Assembly (NCBI GenBank): GCA_945867505.1
Contig: CAMBIM010000002.1
Location: 1 to 47,357 of the forward strand
Direction: 5' to 3'
Source of the DNA: Chitinophaga pinensis
GTDB lineage: Bacteria; Bacteroidota; Bacteroidia; Chitinophagales; LD1
DNA: 47,357 nucleotides
Positions 28,777 to 37,159 of this stretch are shown here, piece by piece. A program made the translations under genes and the position numbers. The first letter of the stretch is position 1. Every line of letters starts with the position of its first letter. A model generated the notes under the pieces. That model was not told the origin of the DNA. It saw nothing but the letters and a program-made list of their open reading frames with translations, and did no database searches.

Positions 28777-29124
28777 TTAAAAATTAGCCCGGTAAATTAT
28801 ATCGCCTCCGCAGTCAAGCCGTGCTTCTTCGCAGGTAGCATAACAATAGTTGGAACTTGTACAGGCATAAGGGGAGCTGTAAGGGCAGCATCCTCCAGGC
28901 ACTGGAGCACCGAGGGCTGGGTTACACGAAGGATTTGTACCAGTCCATTGTTGCACATTGCAGTTGCCTCCGTTTGTACCATAGCAGCTGAAATTGCAGG
29001 TGCCGTCATCCTTGCCGGCACTTGGGTCGTAGTTGCAGGCATATTTATCGGTGCAACCTTCTTTTTTGCACGAGTTTATGGTTAGGGTAAAAAGAGCAAG
29101 AGCGAGTAATAGATATTTAGCCAT
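28777..29124 (-). CDS. Cys-rich lipoprotein (115 aa, 17 Cys)
   Basis: The ATG at 29124 gives MAKYLLLALALFTLTINSC (lipobox), followed by GCTDKYACNYDPSAGKDDGTC and further Cys clusters. The start overlaps the stop of the upstream gene by 8 nt. Confidence 0.6.
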   Translation of the reverse strand: MAKYLLLALALFTLTINSCKKEGCTDKYACNYDPSAGKDDGTCNFSCYGTNGGNCNVQQWTGTNPSCNPALGAPVPGGCCPYSSPYACTSSNYCYATCEEARLDCGGDIIYRANF

Positions 29125-29581
29125 ATGTTTTAGTATTTGAACTGGTTTGATTATAACTATTGTCATTTCCGGTATTACCCAGTATTATACCACTTGTTCC
29201 CGAATTATTATTAGAAGATGTTCCGGATGTTGAGGTGGTGTTGCTGTTACCGGTAGAGGAACTGCCACCCGCAGCAATGCCCCATTGCGGTTCTTTGTTC
29301 ACCAACTCAGGGCAACAATATGGCTGCCCCATGGTCTTAATGTTCCTTTTGCACTGCGTAATCATGGCATCTACCTTTCTTACATCTTCCTGCTTTACAC
29401 AGTATTTGGCAGAGCAGAAGTATAGGGAAAGCATGGCACATTGCGAGCAGCCTTGCGCATCCTGTGTTTCGGTTAGGTGTTTGTATTTAGCCATGTCGGC
29501 ATCTTTTGCTTCAGTGCATTGGGCCTGCAGTAAAGCAGACAGGCACAAGAACATAAGGCAAAATAAGTAACGTGTTTTCAT
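29117..29581 (-). CDS. Secreted Cys-rich protein with an S/T/N-rich tail
   Basis: Signal peptide MKTRYLFCLMFLCLSALLQAQ, a ~90-aa domain with 8 Cys, then GGSSSTGNSNTTSTSGTSSNNNSGTSG... low-complexity tail. Confidence 0.6.
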   Translation of the reverse strand: MKTRYLFCLMFLCLSALLQAQCTEAKDADMAKYKHLTETQDAQGCSQCAMLSLYFCSAKYCVKQEDVRKVDAMITQCKRNIKTMGQPYCCPELVNKEPQWGIAAGGSSSTGNSNTTSTSGTSSNNNSGTSGIILGNTGNDNSYNQTSSNTKTYG

Positions 29582-29599
29582 AGTATATTTTAGCGGATA

Positions 29600-30709
29600 T
29601 TACCCCCTAACACCCATTACAGCTGCCGGAGTACTGTTTAGATTGTTTTGCTTAGGGAAGATATCTTTGGTTATATGTTTACGTATGGTGCCTTTTATAA
29701 AATCAATGATGTTAATTTCTGACTCTTGTTTGGATTGGTTGTTGTATACCACTTGTACTTCAAAATCACTTCCATCAAATACTAAGTTTGTCGATACAGC
29801 GGGGGGGATAGTTTTCACTATTATCTTTCCATCCTTGGGCTTAAGAATTATAGATGCTTTTTTGTCTTCTGTAAGGTTGGTGAACTTGGCTACTATGCGG
29901 GACCTGTTAGCTGAAGTAAAAAGGATATACTTAGCCTCTACATTGCCGTCATATTTTTCTAAAAGCACACTTCTTCTATTTCCGGAAAACCCATCGGGTT
30001 TTTTATCTGTAATACCATCCGGAAAATCTACCCCATCCTGTTCAATCAGCTTTTTCACATCTCGTGCATCGTATTCCAATGGCATATTCAATGCGTAAAC
30101 CTGGTATTTTCCGGCTTTGCACAGCAATTTCATATCTGCGGCCTTGTAAAACAAACGGGCAATAGCTTCCTGCTCTGTAGTAAATGGCTCGTCTGTGGTG
30201 TTATACGGTCCTACAGCTACCCATTTGCCATTTTCCTGATACGTTGCCAATAAGGCGTGGCGAGGTGTAAGATCTACCGTATTCTTCGCTTTTGTTTCAG
30301 CAGATATAACTTCTTCATACGTTTCAATAGTATAGGTCATAGCACTGGTGCTGGCGTTGGTGCTTAAGCCTAAATCTGCCTCAAGAGAAACAAGCTTACA
30401 TACCCCGTAATCTATCAGCAGTTTATAAGGCGTGCTGTTATGTATGTAAAATACTTCGTGATTGAGTTCTTCTTTGATATCAGATTTTATCTGTTCAAAA
30501 CATCTTTCTTTTTTAATAGATCTGGCGTGGGCCTCCAGCTGTTCCAGAATATTTCCGGTTTCTGAAAGCTGGGTGAGTTTACTGCTGCGGTCTACCGGAA
30601 TAAAAATTTCAAACGCATTTTGGGCGTGCGCTGTTACTGCCATAGATATTAAGCAACACAGTATTACTATGCCTTTTAAAGCAAACTCATTTTTCGCTCC
30701 ACTACTCAT
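29600..30709 (-). CDS. Secreted protein of unknown function, first gene of the Cys-rich/DUF1573 operon
   Basis: Signal peptide (IVILCCLISMAVTAHAQ). No motif I can recognise. Spacing to the next gene is 18 nt. Confidence 0.6.
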   Translation of the reverse strand: MSSGAKNEFALKGIVILCCLISMAVTAHAQNAFEIFIPVDRSSKLTQLSETGNILEQLEAHARSIKKERCFEQIKSDIKEELNHEVFYIHNSTPYKLLIDYGVCKLVSLEADLGLSTNASTSAMTYTIETYEEVISAETKAKNTVDLTPRHALLATYQENGKWVAVGPYNTTDEPFTTEQEAIARLFYKAADMKLLCKAGKYQVYALNMPLEYDARDVKKLIEQDGVDFPDGITDKKPDGFSGNRRSVLLEKYDGNVEAKYILFTSANRSRIVAKFTNLTEDKKASIILKPKDGKIIVKTIPPAVSTNLVFDGSDFEVQVVYNNQSKQESEINIIDFIKGTIRKHITKDIFPKQNNLNSTPAAVMGVRG

Positions 30710-30791
30710 TATGCTTTTAATTATCGCTGGCTTAAACTTGTTTAATTGAAAGGTAAATCTGGTGTAAAGCTATACCACAACTGGCAGTAAA

Positions 30792-30811
30792 AATAGGTAG
30801 AGCTACTCATT
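30792..30811. promoter_or_regulatory. Island dyad site (AATAGGTA-GAGC-TACTCATT)
   Basis: Lies 83-102 bp upstream of the ATG at 30709. The minus-strand box TAGCTTTA (30765..30772) has its first T 29.5 bp from the dyad centre. Confidence 0.6.
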
Positions 30812-30902
30812 TTGTGTAGCTAAAAAAGCAGCGTTGCAAATAATTATGCAGCATACAGCTATCTAAAAAATTTATTGCCCGGTCTTTGTTTTAGGTCCAC
30901 GT

Positions 30903-30942
30903 AATGAGTAGATGTACCTAAATATGAGTACATGTACTCACC
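30903..30942. promoter_or_regulatory. Two abutting island dyad sites (AATGAGTA-GATG-TACCTAAA and TATGAGTA-CATG-TACTCACC)
   Basis: The second site contains the perfect 14-bp palindrome GAGTACATGTACTC. Its centre is 30.5 bp from the first T of the plus-strand box TAACCTTG (30963..30970). Confidence 0.65.
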
Positions 30943-30962
30943 ACTAAAAGCCAAAACCATGT

Positions 30963-30970
30963 TAACCTTG
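30963..30970 (+). promoter_or_regulatory. Putative -7 box (TAACCTTG) of the HK2/response-regulator operon
   Basis: 7/8 match to the Bacteroidota TAnnTTTG, at the same spacing from a dyad as in the XRE/H-NOX module. The first ATG downstream is 31007. Confidence 0.45.
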
Positions 30971-31006
30971 CCTCTACAAAATAGTTATAGAACTAATAGA
31001 CTAAAA

Positions 31007-32818
31007 ATGTATAAAGGTGATGTATTACTTAATTTGCCAGTTGCTCTGAATATTTCAGATGCTAATGGCGATTTTATATATTCAAACGAGCAAGTTTCTT
31101 CATTAACCGGCTATAGTCCAGATGAGTTAATGGGCAAGCATTGGAGCGTGCTTTATAGCGATCAAACATATAAAAGCCTTATCCCTAAGTTTGAAATATT
31201 TTTAGCGAACAAGAAATGGAGCGGTCAGGTTACCATACAGCGCAAAAACGGAACTTCTTTTCCGGCCTATGTATCTTTGTCGGTGTTACCAACCGGCTTA
31301 TTCTCGTGTGTATTCAATAATATAGAGGAACAGATAAGCCAGCAGAAATATCTCAACGATTTGAGCCAGGCGGTTGCCTCTACTATGGATGGTATTGCAT
31401 TGCTGGATGCAGAGGGTAAATATTATTATCTGAACCAAAAGCACATTACGCATTTTGGCTATACCCGCGAGGAAGAATTGTTGGGTAAAACATGGCAGGT
31501 TTTTTATCCTGACGATGAAGTAAAGCGTATAGAGGAGGACCTTTTCCCGAAACTGGCACGCGATGGAAGATGGCAGGGCGAAACCACCGGTGTTTGTAAG
31601 GATGGTACACCCATTTACCAGGAAATTACGCTTACCGGTTTGCCGCATGGCGGATTGATATGCATTATGCGAAATATTACGGAGAAAAAACTTCGCGAAA
31701 ATGAAATAAAAAAATTAGCGCTGGTAGCCAGGAATACCAATAATGCGGTAGTTATTACCAATGCCCTGCAACAAATTGAGTGGATGAACGAGAAGGCTGA
31801 AATTATCTTCGAACGCCCGTATCATGATATTACGAGTTCTACTTTGTTTGATGTGTTGGAGGAAATGCAGCTAGACAAGGAAGCAATTAAAACACTAAGG
31901 CAGAATATTGATAAAGGTGTTGCGGGTAAATTAGAAATTCATTTGCAGAAATGGCATGGAGAGGAGGTATGGCTCAGTTTAAGTATAACCCCCGTTTACG
32001 AAAAAGCTGGAGTAGTGAATTACGTGTGCTTGTTTTGGGATGTTACTGATTCTAAAGTGGCGGAAAGTAAATTAATCACAGCTCTGAACAAGGAGAAAAG
32101 CCTGAACGAACTGAAAACTCATTTTGTTAATCTCACCTCTCATGAGTTCAGAACGCCCCTTGCCAGTGTTCAATCAAGCCTTGATATTCTTAAGCTTTTA
32201 TATGAGCGGGATGCAGTGCTGAGCAAAGATAAGCTCGGTAAACATTTGGAACAGATGGAGTTTGAGGTAGATAGAATGAAGGAACTGATGGATAATGTTT
32301 TGGTTTTAGGTAAAATAAATTCAGGAAAAATAGATTATTGCCCAAAAGCTTGCGAGGTTGTTGATTTATTGAAACAGGTTACACACAGCAGCCGAGTTAA
32401 GGATTTTGGTAAATCTGTTACGCTCAAAATTAATGGCCCGGAAGGCGAAGTTTTTTGTGATAGGCGCCTTTTAGAGCATATACTTTATAATCTATTAATA
32501 AATGCGTTAAAGTATTCACAAGACTCTGATAAAGACCCCGTTGTTGAATTAAACTTTAATAATCATTCATTACTCATCAGCATAACCGATTATGGAATTG
32601 GTATTCCATTAGAAGATCAGTCACAAATTTTTGAATCTTTTTACAGAGCAAACAATACACAGAATATAGCAGGAACTGGCCTTGGTTTACCCATAGTTAA
32701 GCAGTTTGTCGAATTACATGGAGGAACCATTTGGTTCGAAAGTATACCCGGAAATAAAACTACATTTAGTTTTGAAATACCCATCGCATATGAAGAAGAT
32801 ACTAGTGGTAGAGGATGA
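31007..32818 (+). CDS. Soluble multi-PAS sensor histidine kinase (HK2)
   Basis: Three PAS modules, H-box LTSHEFRTPLASV, and HATPase_c boxes (NALKYS, DYGIGIP, GTGLGL). The listed start 30932 lies inside the dyad operator and upstream of the predicted -7 box, so Met26 (31007) is preferred. 30932 remains possible. Confidence 0.85.
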   Translation: MYKGDVLLNLPVALNISDANGDFIYSNEQVSSLTGYSPDELMGKHWSVLYSDQTYKSLIPKFEIFLANKKWSGQVTIQRKNGTSFPAYVSLSVLPTGLFSCVFNNIEEQISQQKYLNDLSQAVASTMDGIALLDAEGKYYYLNQKHITHFGYTREEELLGKTWQVFYPDDEVKRIEEDLFPKLARDGRWQGETTGVCKDGTPIYQEITLTGLPHGGLICIMRNITEKKLRENEIKKLALVARNTNNAVVITNALQQIEWMNEKAEIIFERPYHDITSSTLFDVLEEMQLDKEAIKTLRQNIDKGVAGKLEIHLQKWHGEEVWLSLSITPVYEKAGVVNYVCLFWDVTDSKVAESKLITALNKEKSLNELKTHFVNLTSHEFRTPLASVQSSLDILKLLYERDAVLSKDKLGKHLEQMEFEVDRMKELMDNVLVLGKINSGKIDYCPKACEVVDLLKQVTHSSRVKDFGKSVTLKINGPEGEVFCDRRLLEHILYNLLINALKYSQDSDKDPVVELNFNNHSLLISITDYGIGIPLEDQSQIFESFYRANNTQNIAGTGLGLPIVKQFVELHGGTIWFESIPGNKTTFSFEIPIAYEEDTSGRG

Positions 32819-33455
32819 GAAAAACATCCGTAGGAATTTAATGGATATTCTGGAGATGTCGGGCTATTCCGTAAGCACGGCAGAAAATGGTAGTGACGCT
32901 ATACTAATGATGCAGGAAAACCTGCCGGATTTAGTTATCAGCGATATACGAATGCCGCTAATGGATGGGAAACAACTGCTGATACATATGCGTAAGGAAA
33001 TGCCTCTACGCAATGTTCCTTTTTTGTTTTTAACCTCTAAAATTGAACCGGAGGATATCCGCGAAGGCATGAACCACGGAGCGGATGATTATATAACTAA
33101 GCCTTTTAAATATGATGTGTTATTAAAAGCCATAGAAACTAGGCTGAAAAAGCACGGATCTTTAATTTCAGACACATTAAAAAATCATAATCTTAACTTA
33201 ACCAAGAAGCAATCGGAAAAAATCGCGGAATTGACCCTTTACTTAAACAAACTATCCAAAAGCGAACTGCGGGTGTTAAAAGAAGTAGCTAAGAATTTAA
33301 ACTCAGACCAAATTGCCGGGCAACTGTATTTAAGTGGTAAAACCGTACAAAACCACAGACACAATATGGCTAAAAAACTAAGATTCAACGGTCAAAACAG
33401 TTTATTTGAATTTTCCATTACCTGTCAATACTATGGGCTCTTAAATAAAACGTAG
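32790..33455 (+). CDS. Response regulator, REC + LuxR/GerE-type HTH (NarL/FixJ family)
   Basis: MKKILVVEDE...LVISDIRMP...LTSK...ITKPF receiver, and C-terminal LSKSELRVLKEVAKNLNSDQIAGQLYLSGKTVQNHRHNMAKKL. The start overlaps the HK2 3' end by 29 nt in another frame. Confidence 0.9.
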   Translation: MKKILVVEDEKNIRRNLMDILEMSGYSVSTAENGSDAILMMQENLPDLVISDIRMPLMDGKQLLIHMRKEMPLRNVPFLFLTSKIEPEDIREGMNHGADDYITKPFKYDVLLKAIETRLKKHGSLISDTLKNHNLNLTKKQSEKIAELTLYLNKLSKSELRVLKEVAKNLNSDQIAGQLYLSGKTVQNHRHNMAKKLRFNGQNSLFEFSITCQYYGLLNKT

Positions 33456-33467
33456 TAGTGCTTTACT

Positions 33468-33857
33468 TCAGGCATTTACTGTTAGCACAACCTCGGTAGC
33501 GTTCATACTCGGATTTATATCTCCGCTCATCATTTGTCTAATTATTCCCTTGTAAGTAGCTATTTTTTTACGAAGCTCTAATACTTCTACCACCACATTT
33601 ACCTGGTTATTTAGTCTGAATTCATTAACCGTTTCCGCATTGATAGGTATTTGCGGAGATATTATTAGTGCAGCGTCAATGCCTAATGCCTCACTCACTT
33701 TGTATAGTGTGCTGGTATGAATGTCCTCGGAGTTCTCAATCTGGCTATAGGATTGTTGCGTTACTTCTAGCATGCGCGCAACTGCCGCTTGTTTAACACC
33801 AATTATATTGCGAATAGATTTAATTCTATTGGCTACACTGTATTTTGTTTGGTTCAT
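33468..33857 (-). CDS. XRE-family HTH transcriptional regulator
   Basis: IKSIRNIIGVKQAAVARMLEVTQQSYSQIENSEDIHTSTLYKVSEALGI (Cro/C1-type HTH) plus a ~60-aa C-terminal extension. Confidence 0.85.
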   Translation of the reverse strand: MNQTKYSVANRIKSIRNIIGVKQAAVARMLEVTQQSYSQIENSEDIHTSTLYKVSEALGIDAALIISPQIPINAETVNEFRLNNQVNVVVEVLELRKKIATYKGIIRQMMSGDINPSMNATEVVLTVNA

Positions 33858-33872
33858 AGTTTACTTTTGCTG

Positions 33873-33880
33873 CAAATTTA
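33873..33880 (-). promoter_or_regulatory. -7 box TAAATTTG of the XRE gene
   Basis: Exact TAnnTTTG, with 15 nt between the box and the ATG. First T is 30.5 bp from the dyad centre. Confidence 0.55.
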
Positions 33881-33900
33881 CAGCACTCCCGCTGTATTAA

Positions 33901-33920
33901 AATGAGCAGGTTTACTCATT
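33901..33920. promoter_or_regulatory. Island dyad site (AATGAGCA-GGTT-TACTCATT)
   Basis: Best-type site, exactly equidistant from the divergent boxes at 33873..33880 (-) and 33941..33948 (+). Confidence 0.7.
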
Positions 33921-33940
33921 ATTCTAAAGATTTTGCCGGT

Positions 33941-33948
33941 TATCTTTG
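33941..33948 (+). promoter_or_regulatory. -7 box TATCTTTG reading toward the H-NOX operon
   Basis: Exact TAnnTTTG. First T is 30.5 bp from the dyad centre. Confidence 0.5.
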
Positions 33949-33975
33949 TAGCTCATGATCCTTTTTTTTAGTTAA

Positions 33976-34006
33976 GGAGTCGCTTAGTCAGGGCGACTCC
34001 TTTTTT
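33976..34006 (+). terminator. Intrinsic terminator in the leader upstream of the H-NOX gene
   Basis: ggagtcgc-ttagtcagg-gcgactcc followed by tttttt, plus-strand only. It lies ~30 nt after the predicted transcription start and 95 nt before the H-NOX ATG. Confidence 0.65.
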
Positions 34007-34100
34007 ATTGGGTCGAAGCTCATCCTACTACCAGCTTGTTATTCAAAGGTTAAATTAACTACACTTTATGTTACATTGCGTTTCATAAAGTTAAGCGTAT

Positions 34101-34640
34101 ATGTACGGAATAATAAATACGGCTGTGGAGCAGTTAATTGTAGAAAATTACGGAAACAACACATGGTTAGAAATTAAAAAAAAGGCAGGTGTTGCCGAAG
34201 AACAATTTGTCAATATGCAGCCCTACGATGATAAAATTACCTACGCTATGGTGGGGGCAGCTGCTGAGGTATTGAGACTTGAAGCAGCCGAGGTGCTGGA
34301 AAAGTTTGGCGAATACTGGATATTACACACTGCAAAAGAAGGGTATGGAAACCTTTTAGATATGGGAGGTAATAATCTGCCCGATTTTCTAAAAAATTTG
34401 AATACGCTGCACTTTAAAGTAGGATCATTAATGCCTAATTTGGTGCCTCCTTCATTTGAGGTTTTGGAACTTACTTCCAATAGCCTGTTGTTGGTTTATA
34501 CCACTAAGCGAATAGGCCTGGCACCCATGGTTGTCGGCTTAATAAAGGGGCTCGGAATTCGCTTTAATACACCTTGTAATGTTCTCTATTTAAGCGATTC
34601 TTCAAAGGAGTTTAGCCATCACTTTAAAGTATCCTGGTAA
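34101..34640 (+). CDS. hnoX: H-NOX haem NO/O2-binding sensor protein
   Basis: MYGIINTAVEQLIVENYG start, proximal His104 (NTLHFKV), Y133-x-T-x-R137 haem-propionate motif, 179 aa. The stop overlaps the ATG of the kinase by 1 nt (TAATG). Confidence 0.9.
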   Translation: MYGIINTAVEQLIVENYGNNTWLEIKKKAGVAEEQFVNMQPYDDKITYAMVGAAAEVLRLEAAEVLEKFGEYWILHTAKEGYGNLLDMGGNNLPDFLKNLNTLHFKVGSLMPNLVPPSFEVLELTSNSLLLVYTTKRIGLAPMVVGLIKGLGIRFNTPCNVLYLSDSSKEFSHHFKVSW

Positions 34641-36559
34641 TGATTGAGGTAAAGCTTTCCAACGAAAACCTACAGGCATTATTCCCTTTTCATTTTATGG
34701 TTAGTGGTAATTTGGAGATACTTTCAACCGGTAGAAGTATTTCCAAATTGTCAAATATGATTAGCCCCGGTAAACTCTTATCCGATTATTTCAAAATAAC
34801 TTATAACGGTAACAAATTGTCAAATGCTGAGATATTCAGCGACAATAACGCATTTGTATTGGAAGAAAACATAAATGCTTTTCGCCTTAATGCGCAATGC
34901 GTAAAGGTTTCTGAATCCGTATTTTTAATAGTTTGTCTTCCGTTGGTTGACCATACCTTTAATCAGCAGAAATTTAATCTTACGCTTTCTGATTTTGCAC
35001 AATACGATAATACGGTTAATCAACTTTTTTTGGCGCAGGTAACAAAGAAAACTTTAGACGATGCTACTTCTATAAATGAAAAATTAGTTTTAAAGAATAG
35101 GGAGTTACAGAAAACTAAGGAGCGGTTTGAATTGGTGGTTAACTCTGTACACGATATCATTTTTCAGACGGATGGTCATGGATTATGGACATTCTTAAAT
35201 AAGGCATGGGAAGATATCATGGAGTTCTCACTTGAGGAGTCGATAGGCAGTATGTTTTTCTCTTATTTACATCCGGATGACGTACAGCGTAATCAAGAAC
35301 TATTTCTGCCTCTTATTAACCGCGAAAAGGCATACTGCGCGCACCAGATTAGATATGTAGCAAAAAGCGGAAAAGTAAAGTGCATGAAAGTTTTTGCCAT
35401 TCTAACTTTTGATGAAGCCGGAAACGTAAACGGAACTACCGGAACTTTGCAGGACATAACTATGCAAAAAGAGAATGCTGAAAAATATGAACTTTTAGCG
35501 AACAATGTGAGCGATGTTGTTTGTATATACGATATGCTTGGCAGTTACGTTTATGTGTCGCCTTCAGTAAAGTTTTTAATCGGTTTTAGTGCTGAAGAAT
35601 TAATGGGAAAACATGTTTTAGATTTTTTGGATACTAAAGAGTTTAATTCCTTTGAGCAACTTAAAGCCGCAATGCTGGATAGCAAAAGTCATAACAAAGT
35701 TTTAGAACATCATATCAGAACCAAAGACGGTAAGTGGCGGATTATTGAAACCTCATCCCGTATAATTTTTGATGAAAATTCGCGACCGGTTAATTTTATT
35801 TCAAGCTCAAGATTGATAGAGAAAAGAAAGAGGGCAGAAAATGCAATTATTAATGCACTCAAAGATGCCCAGGATGTAAGCAATCTTAAATCTAAGTTTA
35901 TATCGCTTGTTTCACATGAAATGAAGACTCCGATGACTTCAATTTATAGCGGTGTTGAAATTATGGAGATGAAGGCTCAGCGTAGCAATCAAATTGATCA
36001 AACATTTTTCAGGCAGTTTGACATAATAAAAAGTGAGGTAGGGCGCCTGAATGAACTGGTAGAAAAAATATTATTTTGGGGGAAAGTGGAGAGTGGTAAA
36101 ATTAGTACTGCCAAAGAGGTTATAAATGTTGTAGACTTATTGCAAAATGTTTGTGCAGAGCATAACCGAATACAAGCTGACGGAAGAAAAATTGCAATGC
36201 GTATTAAAGGAAATCCCGTTTTGATTTTGATAGACCCTATGCATTTAAGGCATATTCTTGGAAATCTCATGTCAAACGCTTTTAAGTATTCTTCAGGCAA
36301 AACCAATCCGGAGCTCAATATTGAATTTGCTAAGAAAAATTGGAAGATCACTGTAATTGATCAAGGTATAGGAATTCCGGAATCGGAAGTTGTTCATCTT
36401 TTTCAATCCTTTTTTAGAGCTTCGAACGTTGAACATATACACGGTAATGGATTAGGTATGGTGGTGGTAAAACATTTTGTAGAAATGAATGACGGATTAT
36501 TGAAGGTGGATAGTAAGGAGAATGCCGGAACTAAAATATCTATTGCTTTTCCTTATTAA
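34640..36559 (+). CDS. H-NOX-associated sensor histidine kinase (HNOBA-like N-terminus + 2 PAS + HisKA/HATPase_c) (HK3)
   Basis: N-terminal LQALFPFHFMVSGNLEILSTG resembles the FPFH motif of the H-NOX-associated domain. It also has two PAS modules, H-box LVSHEMKTPMTSI, and the NAFKYS, DQGIGIP, GNGLGM boxes. Confidence 0.9.
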   Translation: MIEVKLSNENLQALFPFHFMVSGNLEILSTGRSISKLSNMISPGKLLSDYFKITYNGNKLSNAEIFSDNNAFVLEENINAFRLNAQCVKVSESVFLIVCLPLVDHTFNQQKFNLTLSDFAQYDNTVNQLFLAQVTKKTLDDATSINEKLVLKNRELQKTKERFELVVNSVHDIIFQTDGHGLWTFLNKAWEDIMEFSLEESIGSMFFSYLHPDDVQRNQELFLPLINREKAYCAHQIRYVAKSGKVKCMKVFAILTFDEAGNVNGTTGTLQDITMQKENAEKYELLANNVSDVVCIYDMLGSYVYVSPSVKFLIGFSAEELMGKHVLDFLDTKEFNSFEQLKAAMLDSKSHNKVLEHHIRTKDGKWRIIETSSRIIFDENSRPVNFISSSRLIEKRKRAENAIINALKDAQDVSNLKSKFISLVSHEMKTPMTSIYSGVEIMEMKAQRSNQIDQTFFRQFDIIKSEVGRLNELVEKILFWGKVESGKISTAKEVINVVDLLQNVCAEHNRIQADGRKIAMRIKGNPVLILIDPMHLRHILGNLMSNAFKYSSGKTNPELNIEFAKKNWKITVIDQGIGIPESEVVHLFQSFFRASNVEHIHGNGLGMVVVKHFVEMNDGLLKVDSKENAGTKISIAFPY

Positions 36560-36574
36560 TCAAAAATAGCGTAA

Positions 36575-36961
36575 TCATCCCTTAGCCAACAAGCGTTTTA
36601 TACAATTATGTAGTTGGTCGAACTTAAATGGCTTGGTAATGTAATCTGCCGCTCCTGAATTTAAGCCGCTACTTATATCATTCGGTTCAGATTTAGCCGT
36701 TAAAAATACAAACGGAATTGAACTTAGGGAGGGCGTTTTTTTTATAGTTTCAAGTAAAACATGCCCGTGCGCACCAGGCATAACCATATCGCAAATAATT
36801 ATATCGGGTAAAAAATTACTTAAGCAACTAATTGCGTCTTCCACAGACGAAGCTTCTTGAACAATGAAGTTATGCATGGCAAGTAGCATAGAAATGTTTT
36901 CACGAATGTTTTTTTCGTCTTCTACTAAAAGAATTTTTGCTTCTTTTTGCTTGTGTTTCAT
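36575..36961 (-). CDS. Stand-alone receiver (CheY-like) response regulator
   Basis: ILLVEDEKNIRENI...IICDMVMPG...LTAK...ITKPF. Close paralogue of the receiver of the LuxR-type regulator. No output domain. Confidence 0.9.
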   Translation of the reverse strand: MKHKQKEAKILLVEDEKNIRENISMLLAMHNFIVQEASSVEDAISCLSNFLPDIIICDMVMPGAHGHVLLETIKKTPSLSSIPFVFLTAKSEPNDISSGLNSGAADYITKPFKFDQLHNCIKRLLAKG

Positions 36962-37024
36962 AGCTGTTTGCTGTAAAGCAAGCCAAATATGAAACTAAAA
37001 TTGGTTCATAGTCTACTTTTGCTA

Positions 37025-37032
37025 CAAAATTA
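37025..37032 (-). promoter_or_regulatory. -7 box TAATTTTG reading toward the receiver-only regulator
   Basis: Exact TAnnTTTG. First T is 30.5 bp from the centre of dyad 37053..37072. Confidence 0.5.
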
Positions 37033-37052
37033 CAGCACTCCTGCTGTAATAA

Positions 37053-37072
37053 AATGAGCAGAGCTACTCATT
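37053..37072. promoter_or_regulatory. Island dyad site (AATGAGCA-GAGC-TACTCATT)
   Basis: Both half-sites are identical to those of 33901..33920. Confidence 0.7.
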
Positions 37073-37092
37073 ATTCTGAAAATTTTGACGGT

Positions 37093-37100
37093 TATCTTTG
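37093..37100 (+). promoter_or_regulatory. -7 box TATCTTTG of the orphan short transcript
   Basis: Identical to the box in copy 1 and at the same spacing. Confidence 0.45.
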
Positions 37101-37128
37101 TAACTCATGATCATAGTTTTTTAGTCTA

Positions 37129-37159
37129 GGAGTCGCTTAGGAAGGGCGGCTCCTTTTTT
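37129..37159 (+). terminator. Intrinsic terminator of module copy 2
   Basis: ggagtcgc-ttaggaagg-gcggctcc + tttttt. The only stem change relative to copy 1 turns U-A into U-G, so pairing is kept. Confidence 0.6.

Larger units (their letters stand above)
33849..34008. repeat. Copy 1 of a ~160-bp duplicated regulatory module
   Basis: Aligns by eye at ~85% identity with 37001..37161. It spans the XRE start codon, both -7 boxes, the TACAGC-N6-GCTGTA dyad, the island dyad and the terminator hairpin. Confidence 0.85.

Noticed and set aside
28797-29042. 81-aa alternative-frame ORF inside the Cys-rich lipoprotein gene, and the plus-strand ORFs 28296..28681 and 29160..29570.
   Set aside because: They are nested within or antisense to genes that have signal peptides and operon-consistent spacing.
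30681-30711. Two TACTCATT-like half-sites (AACTCATT, TACTCATT) at the 5' end of the 369-aa gene.
   Set aside because: No matching left half-site lies at the N4 spacing. One of them merely reflects the ATG AGT AGT start codons. They are kept only as possible auxiliary half-sites.
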